DNA of 42,657 bases from Candidatus Saccharimonadota bacterium (GCA_043737705.1 JAYTAD010000014.1:1-42657); one strand, 5' to 3'; shown: positions 1 through 8,465, counted from the stretch's first letter. Notes: generated from the sequence alone by a model not told the origin. Translations and numbers: made by a program.

Positions 1-90
1 GCGAGCTTTAGCTCGTGAGTTCCGCAACCGACAAAGAATTGAAGGTGCTACGCTGAGCGCGGACTGGGAGCAACCCCAGTGATTTTCTCA

Positions 91-222
91 CTTTTGACAC
101 CAAAAGAGAGGCTTTTGTTTCTTTTAGCCTAAAAAGAAAGGATTATACTTTTGCAGTCAAAAGAAGCGCGTTTGATTACTTTCCGCGGGGAAAGTAAGGA
201 TTATACTTTTACACATAAAAAG
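91..222. repeat. Array of five short palindromic hairpin units spaced about 29 bp apart
   Basis: The units are CTTTTG-acac-CAAAAG (91-106), CTTTTA-gcc-TAAAAG (121-136), CTTTTG-cagt-CAAAAG (148-163), ACTTTCC-gcgg-GGAAAGT (178-195) and CTTTTA-caca-TAAAAAG (206-222). An exact 15-nt direct repeat, AAGGATTATACTTTT, occurs at 138-152 and 196-210; its reverse complement contains TATAAT. Confidence 0.6.
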
Positions 223-230
223 AAGTCTCG

Positions 231-1181
231 CTATATCTTTGCTAACAATTGACGCACTTCATCTGTAGTTTCAGTATGCATTAACTGTTCACGTAACTCG
301 CTGGCGCCAGGAAAATCACGGATATATATTTTGAAGAATCGCTTTAGCGGATTGAATTTACGCGGTTCTAGCTCGCGGGTGTAACGATCATGAAGGTCAA
401 GCTGAAAAAGTAACAGTTCAATGAGTTCGTCGCGGCTGTGCTCGCGTTTTTCAGTCTCGAATGCAAATGGATTATGAAAAACTCCACGGCCAATCATAAT
501 TCCGTCAACTCCATATTCGCGTACTAATTCTTCGCCGTGTTGACGGTCGCGAATATCGCCGTTAATCGTGAGAAGCGTTTGCGGGGCTATTTCATCTCGT
601 ATTTTTTTTATTTCTGGGATAAGTTCATGGTGTGCATCGACTTTGCACATTTCTTTGCGGGTACGTAAATGTATTGTCAAATTGGCAATATCTTGTTTCA
701 ATATGTACGTAATCCACTCGCGCCATTCATCGATGTTTGCATCACCCAGACGGGTTTTAACGCTGACCGGCAAGCCACTCGTCTTGACGGCTGCAATAAG
801 TTCACCAGCCAGCTTTGGCGTTCGAATAAGTGCGCTGCCCGACCCACCGCGAACGACTGCTTTATCCGGGCAGCCCATGTTTATGTCAATACCCCTATAC
901 CCCATATCGGCAAGTCCCTGTGCCATCAAGGCGAATTGATCAGGTCTATTACCCCAGATTTGGACTAATATTGGTTGCTCGTCAGCTGTAAAAGCCAGTC
1001 GGCCACGAGCACTATGAATCCCCTTCTCGCTGCAATAGCTGGCGGCATTGGTAAACTCAGTCACGAAGACGTCCGGACGAGCGGCGTGAGCAATCACGTG
1101 GCGAAAAACAATATCAGTCACCGCTTCCATCGGAGCGAGGATAAAAAAAGGTTTTGGCAGTTCATCCCAAAGGGTTGTCAT
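231..1181 (-). CDS. dus: tRNA-dihydrouridine synthase (Dus family, FMN TIM barrel)
   Basis: Taken from ORF 231..1301. Motifs seen: [17 protein letters not shown] (catalytic Cys), SVKTRLG, TIHLRT, INGDI and GIMIGRG. I trimmed the start to Met41 ([12 protein letters not shown]) because Dus proteins normally begin just before the LAPM motif. Starts at 1208 or 1301 remain possible. Confidence 0.85.
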   Translation of the reverse strand: MTTLWDELPKPFFILAPMEAVTDIVFRHVIAHAARPDVFVTEFTNAASYCSEKGIHSARGRLAFTADEQPILVQIWGNRPDQFALMAQGLADMGYRGIDINMGCPDKAVVRGGSGSALIRTPKLAGELIAAVKTSGLPVSVKTRLGDANIDEWREWITYILKQDIANLTIHLRTRKEMCKVDAHHELIPEIKKIRDEIAPQTLLTINGDIRDRQHGEELVREYGVDGIMIGRGVFHNPFAFETEKREHSRDELIELLLFQLDLHDRYTRELEPRKFNPLKRFFKIYIRDFPGASELREQLMHTETTDEVRQLLAKI

Positions 1182-1333
1182 CGTGCTACCTATTATTCCA
1201 TAATGCATAGTAAAATGTAAACCGCTCACATTGCTCACAACCGTAGTTATGAAAAATGGGAGTGGGACAGAGATAGTGATTTTTCTGACCCGGTGTTGCA
1301 TATGGCTTATGCAAGCTGCTCCGAGAACTCAGT

Positions 1334-1486
1334 TCAACGAACTTCCTTTTGGCCAGCTCGGCGGAGAGACTCATTGAGCTTTCCTCGAGCGGTTGCTTCG
1401 GCGGTTTGGAGGGTTCGATTGCTGGGATCTCGCTTGAGATCCTCTTTGGCCCTGTCCCAGGCTTTGCCTTGATTTCCTGCAGTCAC
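1334..1486 (-). CDS. Hypothetical 50-aa hydrophilic protein with a GTG start
   Basis: Not in the ORF track because it is under 60 aa and starts with GTG. The minus strand reads TAGGAGGTGATTTT-GTG, a perfect AGGAGGTGA Shine-Dalgarno 4 nt before the GTG. The translation is (M)TAGNQGKAWDRAKEDLKRDPSNRTLQTAEATARGKLNESLRRAGQKEVR, ending at TGA (1334-1336). No family was recognised, and the stretch could instead be part of the structured RNA. Confidence 0.4.
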   Translation of the reverse strand: MTAGNQGKAWDRAKEDLKRDPSNRTLQTAEATARGKLNESLRRAGQKEVR

Positions 1487-1872
1487 AAAATCACCTCCTA
1501 AGGATGAGTTGTGTCGGATGTAAAGAAATTAGACGAGCAGGCCGCCACGGTTGAGCCGTATCGGCTTACTTCACGTGGCGTGCATAGGTTCGTATTAAAG
1601 GTACGTAACCAGTGCATCAAGGCCTGCTCGTCGGCTTAAAGCGGCTCTGCCGTCAACAATCACGAAGTGTAGCGGTTACACGTGATTGGACGGCAGAGCC
1701 ATTCCGTTAGTCTTGGCTTGTGGCCACAATCGTCGTCAAGGAGAACCGAAAAACCAACGATTGTTTTACCGTAACGGAACATTTTCACTATCTCTGTCAA
1801 TGTGCAAACAGAGAGATTGTGAAAAACTGACACGATTATTCTTGTCGGTTTTTCACAACCTCAATCTGCGTA
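1487..1872 (-). ncRNA. Highly structured RNA or long 5' leader of unknown class
   Basis: A 424-bp non-coding gap in a compact genome holds at least five strong helices. These are 1819-1827/1848-1856 (9 bp), 1791-1797/1808-1814 (7 bp), nested 1702-1709/1772-1779 and 1726-1733/1757-1764 (8 bp each), 1643-1664/1681-1700 (20 bp with a 2-nt bulge) and 1532-1543/1621-1632 (12 bp perfect, closing a multi-hairpin junction). The strand is assigned from the promoter at 1879-1907. Confidence 0.4.
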
Positions 1873-1878
1873 TCGTTA

Positions 1879-1907
1879 ATAATATCAAAAAAAAGGTTAC
1901 GCGTCAA
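1879..1907 (-). promoter_or_regulatory. Sigma70-like promoter (TTGACG, 17-nt spacer, TATTAT)
   Basis: On the minus strand, TTGACG lies at 1907-1902 and TATTAT at 1884-1879 with an exact 17-nt spacer. It sits directly after the helicase stop codon (1911-1913). The predicted TSS is near 1872. Confidence 0.45.
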
Positions 1908-1910
1908 TGC

Positions 1911-4900
1911 TTAGACAGTATTGTCAATCAAGTCTTGTTCGAAAGCCTGAATGCCTTTTAGCGTTGGGCTATAAGCCGAGACGTCGGGCAAGCTAAATTC
2001 AATAATGTGATGCCAAACAGCGTTGATTAGTAACGTGAATTGTTTTTGCTCGGCTGTGGTAAATTCTGCGACCAACGCGACGATATCTCCGGAGCGCGTC
2101 GGCTCAATAAATTGTATAACGCCATTTTTAACGGTATGTCCACGATAATCTCGAGCATTTTCGACAAGCAATTTATAAAACATCAACTGTTGTTTGTATT
2201 TATGGAGCTTTATTTTTTCGTAGTTTGTTTTTCCAGTCCAATCTCGTGATGGTTTGCCAGTCTTGTAGTCGGTAACGGTTACTGTTTTGTCGCCGGCTAT
2301 GTCAATCAAGTCCAGAGCACCAGATAGATGCGCGTCGCCTACGATGACGTGTTGAGATTTGAAGTTTAGCTCGGTTTTTTGTGAGTCGGTGAACGTGTCG
2401 TAGTGAGACGTAAGGAATACTTGCAGGTCATCACTTCCCTTTTGTAGATAGGTTTTAAAATCAATTCGCGACAAATGTTGTTCTTCAAGAGCTGTTTCGA
2501 AATTGTGCAGGATATCTTCGACGGCTTGTCTTTGGCTATGGGCGGCTAAATGGGCGTGGGCTCGCTGGAGTGTCTTGTGAATGGCTGACCCGTAGGCAGA
2601 GGCCGGGCTCATTGCCTGCGGGAACCTTAATAGATTTTGCATCAAAAAATTCTGCGGGCCACCTCGAGTGACGTCTAAGAAATTAGTCAAATGCGTGACG
2701 CTTAGTTGATATTGCTCGAGTTGCGGTGCTAACAGTTCTTTTAACGTGTGTTGATTCGGCTGTGTCAGCGATTCGTACCAACGTATTTCGGCCGTCTCGA
2801 GCGCATGGGTGGTGTTGTGTTGAGCGCTAATCACCGTTGGCTGCAACGTGTTATCGACTAAGAAGCTGGCGCGAGCTGTTGTTTTGTTGCTGTCATCGGT
2901 GAGGCTATAGCTGATAAATAACTCGTTTTTAGCTCGAGTAGCGCCGACGTAAAATAAACGCAAGCGTTCGTTGCTGGTATCACCGACAGGCGCGAGAGGA
3001 AGGTTTTCTGGGTATCCAATTAAACGATTACGGCTACGCGCCCGCTCGCCCCAGACAGTATCGATTCCGTTAATAATATAGACCGTATCAAACTCGAGTC
3101 CTTTAGATTTATGGACTGTCATCAGCTGAACGGCATTATCTTTTTGCGAAGCAGAGCGCGTGCTGGTAATACCGCTACCAATACTACGATGCAGATTGAT
3201 AAATTCTACAAACGTCTTTAAATTTGGTGTTTCAATCGGGTTATAATCACGAAGTTTTGTACGAATAGTTCGGAGTGCCTCAAGGTACCGCACGTAATCT
3301 TCGCTGTGGTCCAATAAGTTCTGCTCGGAAAAGAAATATCTATAGAGCGGACTGGTAAATTCTTTTTCTCGTAGCACGGCTATCTCTTCTTCGTCCTCGT
3401 GTTCGGTGTCACCGATTTGGGCATCGAATTTACCAATAAGTATATCGAGGATGTTTTCTAACGGTTGGTGTGGAATCGATAAAGCGGTTGTTACAAGCCA
3501 TTTCTGTAATGGAATAAATTCAGGTATTATTGCCATGGCATCGAGCCAATGTGACCTTTTCTCGTAGGCCGAAAGACTTAGTTTCCATAGTGATATAGGA
3601 TCAATTCCCCAGGCTGGATGAGACAAGACTTGTGGTAATTGCGCATTAACTTCTTTGTATTGTCCCAACTGAAGGCCAATAAGGACTCGTGCCAGCTGCT
3701 CAATCAAAAGAATCGGAGCTTGGTCCAGGACATTGTCTCGTCGTTCGTATTGGACGGCAATATTAGCGCGGACAAAATAAGGCAACAGACTTTCAATTTC
3801 TTTGTGTTTGCGAGTCAGAACAGCAATATCGGACGGTTTTTTGCCTTTAGCGATACTTTTTTTGATGTGTTCGACGACCCAATGGCGTTCATCGGCGTTA
3901 GTTTCTGCCTCGAGCAATTCGACGGTGCCAGGACCTGTCGTGGTTTGAGCCGTCAGGTTTTTGTCTAGTTCGTCGATATGGTTTTCGAGTCGCTCGCTTC
4001 CTTGAATGATAATATTTCTGGCACTACTCAAAATAGATTCACCAGATCTATAATTTTCGGTCAGTGCGATAATACGTACCTTTGGATAATTCGTTTGGAA
4101 ATTGATAATATTGCTAATGTCGGCACCTTGAAAGCTATAAATGGCCTGGTCGTCATCACCTACGACCAGGATGTTCGGGGTATCTCCATGTGCAATATTA
4201 TTTGTCAGGTTATGAACAATACGCATTTGGGCCATATTGGTATCTTGGAACTCGTCAACCATAATGTATTGGTATTTCTCTTGGAGGTTGAACCGAAGTT
4301 CGTCAAATACTTCCATGCCGTGTACGACCCGCAGGATCATATCATCAAAATCATACAACTCGGCTTCTTCCATGCGTGTCAAATATTGTTCGTATATTGA
4401 GCTGACAGCCCGTAGTTTTGATTGGCGGTCGCGAGATTTGAGAATAAATTCTCCGTCATCGTCTTTTTTAAACCATTGGTTACGCCACGCCGTGACTGGC
4501 TTGGTTGAATTGGTATTGCCAGCGACTTCGATGGCGTCAGATAGTGAATCGGCCAGTATTATCGACAGCGGTACGATGGTTTGTAGTGCAATCTTTACAG
4601 CACTGTCGCGGATAGTGTCAATTTGAGCTGCTAGTCGGCCGGCTGTTGTTTTATTGATTTTTTCGGCGAAGATTGGACTCAGGAGTTGTTCGGTCTTTTG
4701 TATAACGCTATCATTCGCGTCAAGAATTTCAAGCAGCTCGTCGCTGGTAAGGCCACTTTTTTTAAGTTCAGATATCACCGTCAAAGTGTCAGATAAATAG
4801 GTGTATTCACCGTTCATTTTTGTATTTAATTTATTGCTATACCCAAGACCATCAAAAATAGAGTGAATAATTTCATAACGGCTCAACTCATCAGCTGGAC

Positions 4901-5234
4901 GGAAATGAGCACCTTGGTAAAAATACTCGCCGTATTGATTGATGACTTCGCTGCCAAAACTATGAAAGGTATGGATTGCGACCTTGTAGGCATCTTTGCC
5001 GATAATTCCGACCAGTCGTTCGCGCATTGCATTGGCCCCACTCTCGGTGAACGTCAAGCATAAAATATTTTCGGGTAGTGCGTCAGTTTTTTGCAAGATA
5101 TTTGCCGTACGGACACTCAGCAGCTCGGTCTTGCCCGTCCCCGGGCCAGCAATCACCATAACAGGCCCGTCGATTGTATCAACCGCTTGCTTTTGCGCCT
5201 TGTTAAGCGTGGTGTATCGTTTTATAAAATCCAT
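1911..5234 (-). CDS. UvrD/PcrA-type SF1 helicase fused to a C-terminal PD-(D/E)xK (RecB-like) nuclease
   Basis: Helicase motifs seen: AGPGTGKTELL (Walker A), MVDEFQDTN, VGDDDQAIYSFQGA, LTENYRS, VHKSKGLEFD and YVGATRAKNEL. The C-terminus carries GALDLID...VTDYKTGKP...QLMFYKLL, which is the RecB-family nuclease signature. Confidence 0.85.
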   Translation of the reverse strand: MDFIKRYTTLNKAQKQAVDTIDGPVMVIAGPGTGKTELLSVRTANILQKTDALPENILCLTFTESGANAMRERLVGIIGKDAYKVAIHTFHSFGSEVINQYGEYFYQGAHFRPADELSRYEIIHSIFDGLGYSNKLNTKMNGEYTYLSDTLTVISELKKSGLTSDELLEILDANDSVIQKTEQLLSPIFAEKINKTTAGRLAAQIDTIRDSAVKIALQTIVPLSIILADSLSDAIEVAGNTNSTKPVTAWRNQWFKKDDDGEFILKSRDRQSKLRAVSSIYEQYLTRMEEAELYDFDDMILRVVHGMEVFDELRFNLQEKYQYIMVDEFQDTNMAQMRIVHNLTNNIAHGDTPNILVVGDDDQAIYSFQGADISNIINFQTNYPKVRIIALTENYRSGESILSSARNIIIQGSERLENHIDELDKNLTAQTTTGPGTVELLEAETNADERHWVVEHIKKSIAKGKKPSDIAVLTRKHKEIESLLPYFVRANIAVQYERRDNVLDQAPILLIEQLARVLIGLQLGQYKEVNAQLPQVLSHPAWGIDPISLWKLSLSAYEKRSHWLDAMAIIPEFIPLQKWLVTTALSIPHQPLENILDILIGKFDAQIGDTEHEDEEEIAVLREKEFTSPLYRYFFSEQNLLDHSEDYVRYLEALRTIRTKLRDYNPIETPNLKTFVEFINLHRSIGSGITSTRSASQKDNAVQLMTVHKSKGLEFDTVYIINGIDTVWGERARSRNRLIGYPENLPLAPVGDTSNERLRLFYVGATRAKNELFISYSLTDDSNKTTARASFLVDNTLQPTVISAQHNTTHALETAEIRWYESLTQPNQHTLKELLAPQLEQYQLSVTHLTNFLDVTRGGPQNFLMQNLLRFPQAMSPASAYGSAIHKTLQRAHAHLAAHSQRQAVEDILHNFETALEEQHLSRIDFKTYLQKGSDDLQVFLTSHYDTFTDSQKTELNFKSQHVIVGDAHLSGALDLIDIAGDKTVTVTDYKTGKPSRDWTGKTNYEKIKLHKYKQQLMFYKLLVENARDYRGHTVKNGVIQFIEPTRSGDIVALVAEFTTAEQKQFTLLINAVWHHIIEFSLPDVSAYSPTLKGIQAFEQDLIDNTV

Positions 5235-5308
5235 TAAGACTTATTGTAATAGACTTACTAGGTCTCGTCGAGGGCTGCTAAAGTGAAGGTGTTACAATAG
5301 AGGTATAT

Positions 5309-5797
5309 ATGAGCAACAAAATGTATGATGAGCTGGCACTTGAGCGCAGTATCCGCGAACGATTTGGGGTTGAGGTGACTGTACGTCAGACAATTATCGC
5401 TCACTCACCTGTCGGTTATAGTGCCGAGGCAACACTCTTTTTGACTAATAAAAAACAGCTCTACTTGTACATTACCTGTCAGTCAAAATTATTACTGAGT
5501 GATATAAAAAAACTCGTCTCGCGTATGGGGCTGAAGGCTGAACTATACTTTCCGCCTAAAGGCCGCCCGCTCTATTTCGACGAGATTGGTCGCAGCAAGT
5601 TTTATGAAGTTTTTCCGGGGCGTAGCCATGTGACGAGCGATGATATTATATTTTATCGAACCCTTGCGCCATACAACCCCGCGCTTATTTTGATAAGTGA
5701 AGTAAAGCACGGGGAAGTCTATCAGTTTGATACCGATGCTAGTGGCCAATGGCGCGTGGCGGCTAAGTTCACCTACCGCCGCATCAAGACGAGCTAG
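5309..5797 (+). CDS. Hypothetical protein (162 aa, soluble)
   Basis: Clean ORF. TACAAT at 5292-5297 and AGAGG precede the ATG. No recognisable motif. Confidence 0.55.
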   Translation: MSNKMYDELALERSIRERFGVEVTVRQTIIAHSPVGYSAEATLFLTNKKQLYLYITCQSKLLLSDIKKLVSRMGLKAELYFPPKGRPLYFDEIGRSKFYEVFPGRSHVTSDDIIFYRTLAPYNPALILISEVKHGEVYQFDTDASGQWRVAAKFTYRRIKTS

Positions 5798-5818
5798 CGC
5801 CTCAGGCTCAAGTTTTAC

Positions 5819-6700
5819 CTATGGAAGAGGCGGCGGTACGTAAGTAATAACCGCATGTGTCGGACCGGCGCTACCGGTCGAGATGTTCGTCAGGCCGGGA
5901 TAGGTAATGCCCTGTCTGGGATCCATTTCACAATCGCAGTTGTCAGCTCCTTCACCACCCACTCCTATCAATAGAGCGCTTGCGACCGGCCGGTTGATCC
6001 AGGTGGCACCACCGTCGCTTTTATTCGAGCTACAGGATGAAGGAATAATGGGGCCGTCGCCACCGACGGTGACGTTCAGGACGTCGTCCGCCATAACCGC
6101 CAGGGTGCCCTTGGCGTAGCCGCCGATGCCGCCAGTTCCACCCATGTCGTAAGAGCAGTGACTACCTCTGCCGCCCCAGACTTGCAATGTGACGGATGTG
6201 ACTCCTGCAGGAACAGTAAAGCTCTGCGTGGAGGCAATGTACACGTCGACCGGAGGAAGAATAATGTTACACGAGCCGGGTTGAGATTCTTTTTTTATCG
6301 CCGTTGCCAATGATTTATAGGTAGCTGCCTGGGGATTATAGGCGCGAATACAGTACCCTGTACCGTTCGTCGATACGTCGAGGACATTACCAGGACTTGG
6401 GGTAAAGTTGAGACTGCTGTCTAGTCCGCTGGCCGAATTCCAGACCTTGGCCTCGGTTCCAGTTTCAATGCCGTACTGGGTCTCTATACCATCCAAGCGA
6501 TCTACATCTGCCAGTAGAGATTTGTCCCGGGTGCGTTGTTGTACGCCGTTATAAGACATGAAAGATATCGTAGCCAAGGCGCCGATTATAGCGATTACAA
6601 CGAGTATTTCGGTAATCGTAAAGCCAGCCGAGTAGAAACGGCCTCCGCGATGCTGCTGCTGTGTTTGAGCCAAATAAGTTTTTTGGGCGAGGCGATTCAT
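5819..6700 (-). CDS. Type IV pilin-like protein with a C-terminal glycine-rich domain
   Basis: The prepilin signature G|FTITEILVVIAIIGALA is present. I moved the start to 6700 because GAAGGAG lies 5 nt upstream. The C-terminal FTVPAGVTSVTLQVWGGRGS...GGTGGIGGYAKGTLAV...LNVTVGGDG resembles the Gly_rich protein family (recalled as PF12810). Confidence 0.75.
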   Translation of the reverse strand: MNRLAQKTYLAQTQQQHRGGRFYSAGFTITEILVVIAIIGALATISFMSYNGVQQRTRDKSLLADVDRLDGIETQYGIETGTEAKVWNSASGLDSSLNFTPSPGNVLDVSTNGTGYCIRAYNPQAATYKSLATAIKKESQPGSCNIILPPVDVYIASTQSFTVPAGVTSVTLQVWGGRGSHCSYDMGGTGGIGGYAKGTLAVMADDVLNVTVGGDGPIIPSSCSSNKSDGGATWINRPVASALLIGVGGEGADNCDCEMDPRQGITYPGLTNISTGSAGPTHAVITYVPPPLP

Positions 6701-6770
6701 ACGACTCCTTCTTTGTTTTATTATTTCGTCGATAGTACTCATGGATGAGATGTGGCAGAGCAAGAAAAGG

Positions 6771-8459
6771 CTAAGGCGATATCACCAATATGGGAGCGGA
6801 GCTGCTGGTAGTCGAGTTGTTGCCGAGCTGGCCGTAGAAATTTGAGCCCCAGCAGTAGGCGCTGCCATCGGTAACGACGGCGCAGCTGTGTGCGTTAGAG
6901 CTCATCGATGAGATTGGCTCTCCTCCACTAAAGCCACTGACTGCTACGGGATTGGAGCTGTTAACAGTCGTGCTATTGCCGAGCTCGCCGAAGTTGTAAT
7001 CGGTTTGGATCCAGTTGTAATTTTCGTCCTCGTATCCATAGTAGGCGCCTCCCCAACAATAGGCTTTACCGGTGGTATCGATGACGCAGCTGTGGTTATC
7101 GCCCACGCTAATAGACACGAGTGTCTTACCGTTGAGGACGCCGGTAGACATGACCGCTATAGGAACAGCGCTCTGGATAGTCGTGCTGCCGAGCTGGCTC
7201 GTACCATCAGGATAACCGTAAATATTGTTTAGGCTACCGCCCCAGCAGTACGCTTTGCCATCGGAAGTAACGACACACACCTGGTCGTAGGCGGCCCCGA
7301 TGGATACAATCGTCTTGCCGCTTAGCGCGCCGCTGGTGTCGACGGCCGTAGGGATCAAGGAACTATATTGAGGATTTCCAAACTGCTTATTAAAGGCGTA
7401 ACCCCAACAATAGGCCTTGCCGCCCGAATCCAGCGCGCAGCTGTAAAAACCAGCTGTCGTCATCTTTGTAATCGCCTTGCCGCTCAGCACGCCGCTGGTA
7501 TCAACGGCTACCGGAACGGAGCTGCTGGTGGTCGAGTTGTTGCCGAGCTCTCCAGACACGTTCCGGCCCCAACAATAGGCTTTGCTGTCATACGTGACGG
7601 CGCACGTCTGACTGCCGCCGGCGGAAATAGAAGCAATCGCCTTGCCGCTCAGCACGCCGCTGGTATCAACGGCTACCGGAACGGAGCTGCTGGTGGTCGA
7701 GTTGTTGCCGAGCCCGCCATATCCGTTATCTCCCCAGCAGTAGGCTTTGCCGTTGGAGTCGACGGCACAGGACTTGGCGCCGCCAGTAGCTATCGACACA
7801 ATCGTCTTGCCGCTTAGCACGCCGCTGGTATCAACGGCTACCGGAACTTTGCTGTTGGTAGTCGAGTTATTACCGAGCTGAGCCTGTCCGTTATATCCCC
7901 AGCAGTAGGCTTTGCCGTTGGAGTCGACAGCACAGGTGTGGTACCTTGCGGCTGAAATTGTTGCCCAGACAGGTTTGGCGCCGGCGACGTAGCGCCGACT
8001 GGTCATTGATTTGATGGTCCCGGTAATCTCGTCTTTGTATTTCAAGGTCCACCCCAGACAGGCCGAACCGCTCGAGCAGGCCACGCTGCCATCCCCAACG
8101 TAGGCAAATATGTCCGCTTCGCCGCTATCACCGGTTAGATCGGTACATTTGATGGAGTTGGTGTCACCGCTAGCGCTATTGGGCGTCAGTAGTATATTCA
8201 CACTGAGCCCGGGCAGTATGGTCGTGGTGACGATCGCCGAGTCTTTGACGATATCCAGGCAGCCGGGATATTCGCCATTTTGGTCGTAGTACTTCTCTAG
8301 GGCTTCTGCCAGGATAGTCGTTTTGGACAAGCGTTGGGTATCCCGAGTGCTGGCTTGGTAACGGGTAAAGCTGGAGAATCCAAAGGTAGCGAGGATGCCA
8401 ATAATTGCTATAACTACCAAGACTTCGACTATAGTGAAGCCGTTAACGCTTTTTCTCAT
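6771..8459 (-). CDS. Type IV pilin-like protein fused to a multi-blade RCC1-like beta-propeller
   Basis: The leader MRKSVNG|FTIVEVLVVIAIIGILA is present. It is followed by about 7 repeats of the form KAYCWG-N-GQLGN-STT-S-VPVAVDTSGVLSGK-I, which is the RCC1 repeat pattern. Confidence 0.8.
   Translation of the reverse strand: MRKSVNGFTIVEVLVVIAIIGILATFGFSSFTRYQASTRDTQRLSKTTILAEALEKYYDQNGEYPGCLDIVKDSAIVTTTILPGLSVNILLTPNSASGDTNSIKCTDLTGDSGEADIFAYVGDGSVACSSGSACLGWTLKYKDEITGTIKSMTSRRYVAGAKPVWATISAARYHTCAVDSNGKAYCWGYNGQAQLGNNSTTNSKVPVAVDTSGVLSGKTIVSIATGGAKSCAVDSNGKAYCWGDNGYGGLGNNSTTSSSVPVAVDTSGVLSGKAIASISAGGSQTCAVTYDSKAYCWGRNVSGELGNNSTTSSSVPVAVDTSGVLSGKAITKMTTAGFYSCALDSGGKAYCWGYAFNKQFGNPQYSSLIPTAVDTSGALSGKTIVSIGAAYDQVCVVTSDGKAYCWGGSLNNIYGYPDGTSQLGSTTIQSAVPIAVMSTGVLNGKTLVSISVGDNHSCVIDTTGKAYCWGGAYYGYEDENYNWIQTDYNFGELGNSTTVNSSNPVAVSGFSGGEPISSMSSNAHSCAVVTDGSAYCWGSNFYGQLGNNSTTSSSAPILVISP
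7470..7713. repeat. Intragenic tandem repeat: two 79-bp identical copies 165 bp apart
   Basis: 7470-7548 is identical to 7635-7713 (AATCGCCTTGCCGCTCAGCACGCCGCTGGTATCAACGGCTACCGGAACGGAGCTGCTGGTGGTCGAGTTGTTGCCGAGC). More diverged copies start near 7310 and 7800. The period equals one 55-aa RCC1 blade. Confidence 0.9.
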
Positions 8460-8465
8460 TTTTTC

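Noticed and set aside
1-82. Possible 3' end of a plus-strand gene in frame 2 (...RALAREFRNRQRIEGATLSADWEQPQ, with stop at 80-82).
   Set aside because: Only 26 codons are visible. That is too short to separate from chance, and no motif is present. It is noted only because the segment is more GC-rich than the hairpin array that follows.
1334-1440. Glycine-riboswitch-like fragments on the minus strand (CCGCCGAAGCAA ... GGCCAAAAGGAAG).
   Set aside because: Only two short blocks resemble the consensus. The GGAGAG/P1/P2 geometry does not fit, with 21 extra nt between the hairpin and CGCCGAAG. The segment also lies inside an ORF that has a perfect SD, and the downstream gene (dus) is not a glycine-regulon gene.
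1553-1600. Group II intron domain V-like GAGCCGTAT ... ATAGGTTC on the plus strand.
   Set aside because: The distal helix lacks the GNRA tetraloop and the 34-nt D5 geometry. There is no GUGYG 5' end, no D6 bulged A context and no reverse transcriptase ORF nearby.
1300-1900. RNase P RNA or tmRNA in the GC-rich structured region. It contains GAGGAAAG on the minus strand near 1388, CGGCTTA twice on the plus strand, and GGAGGGTTCGATTGCTGGGATC, which resembles a tmRNA 5' end.
   Set aside because: The elements are on inconsistent strands and in the wrong order. No GGAAAGUCC ... ACAGAA-N-CGGCUUA pair lies on one strand, and a minus-strand RNase P starting at GAGGAAAG would run into the dus CDS. No T-arm plus ACCA 3' end or plausible Ala-rich tag frame exists for tmRNA. 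The class is left unassigned.
7368-7817. Plus-strand ORFs inside the RCC1 pilin gene (7005..7232 and 7368..7817), plus similar antisense ORFs within dus, the helicase, copA, the tri-domain genes and the second ATPase (for example 568..939, 3978..4400, 36020..36436, 37643..38101, 41625..41933 and 41970..42224).
   Set aside because: All are antisense or out of frame within long ORFs that carry clear family motifs. Their translations are low-complexity and lack start signals.
6771-8459. Diversity-generating retroelement or CRISPR-like explanation for the near-identical repeats in the RCC1 gene.
   Set aside because: The repeats are in-frame blade units with a 165-bp period inside one ORF. Copies are identical rather than differing at adenines. 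No reverse transcriptase, template region or cas genes are in the window, and there is no spacer-repeat architecture.
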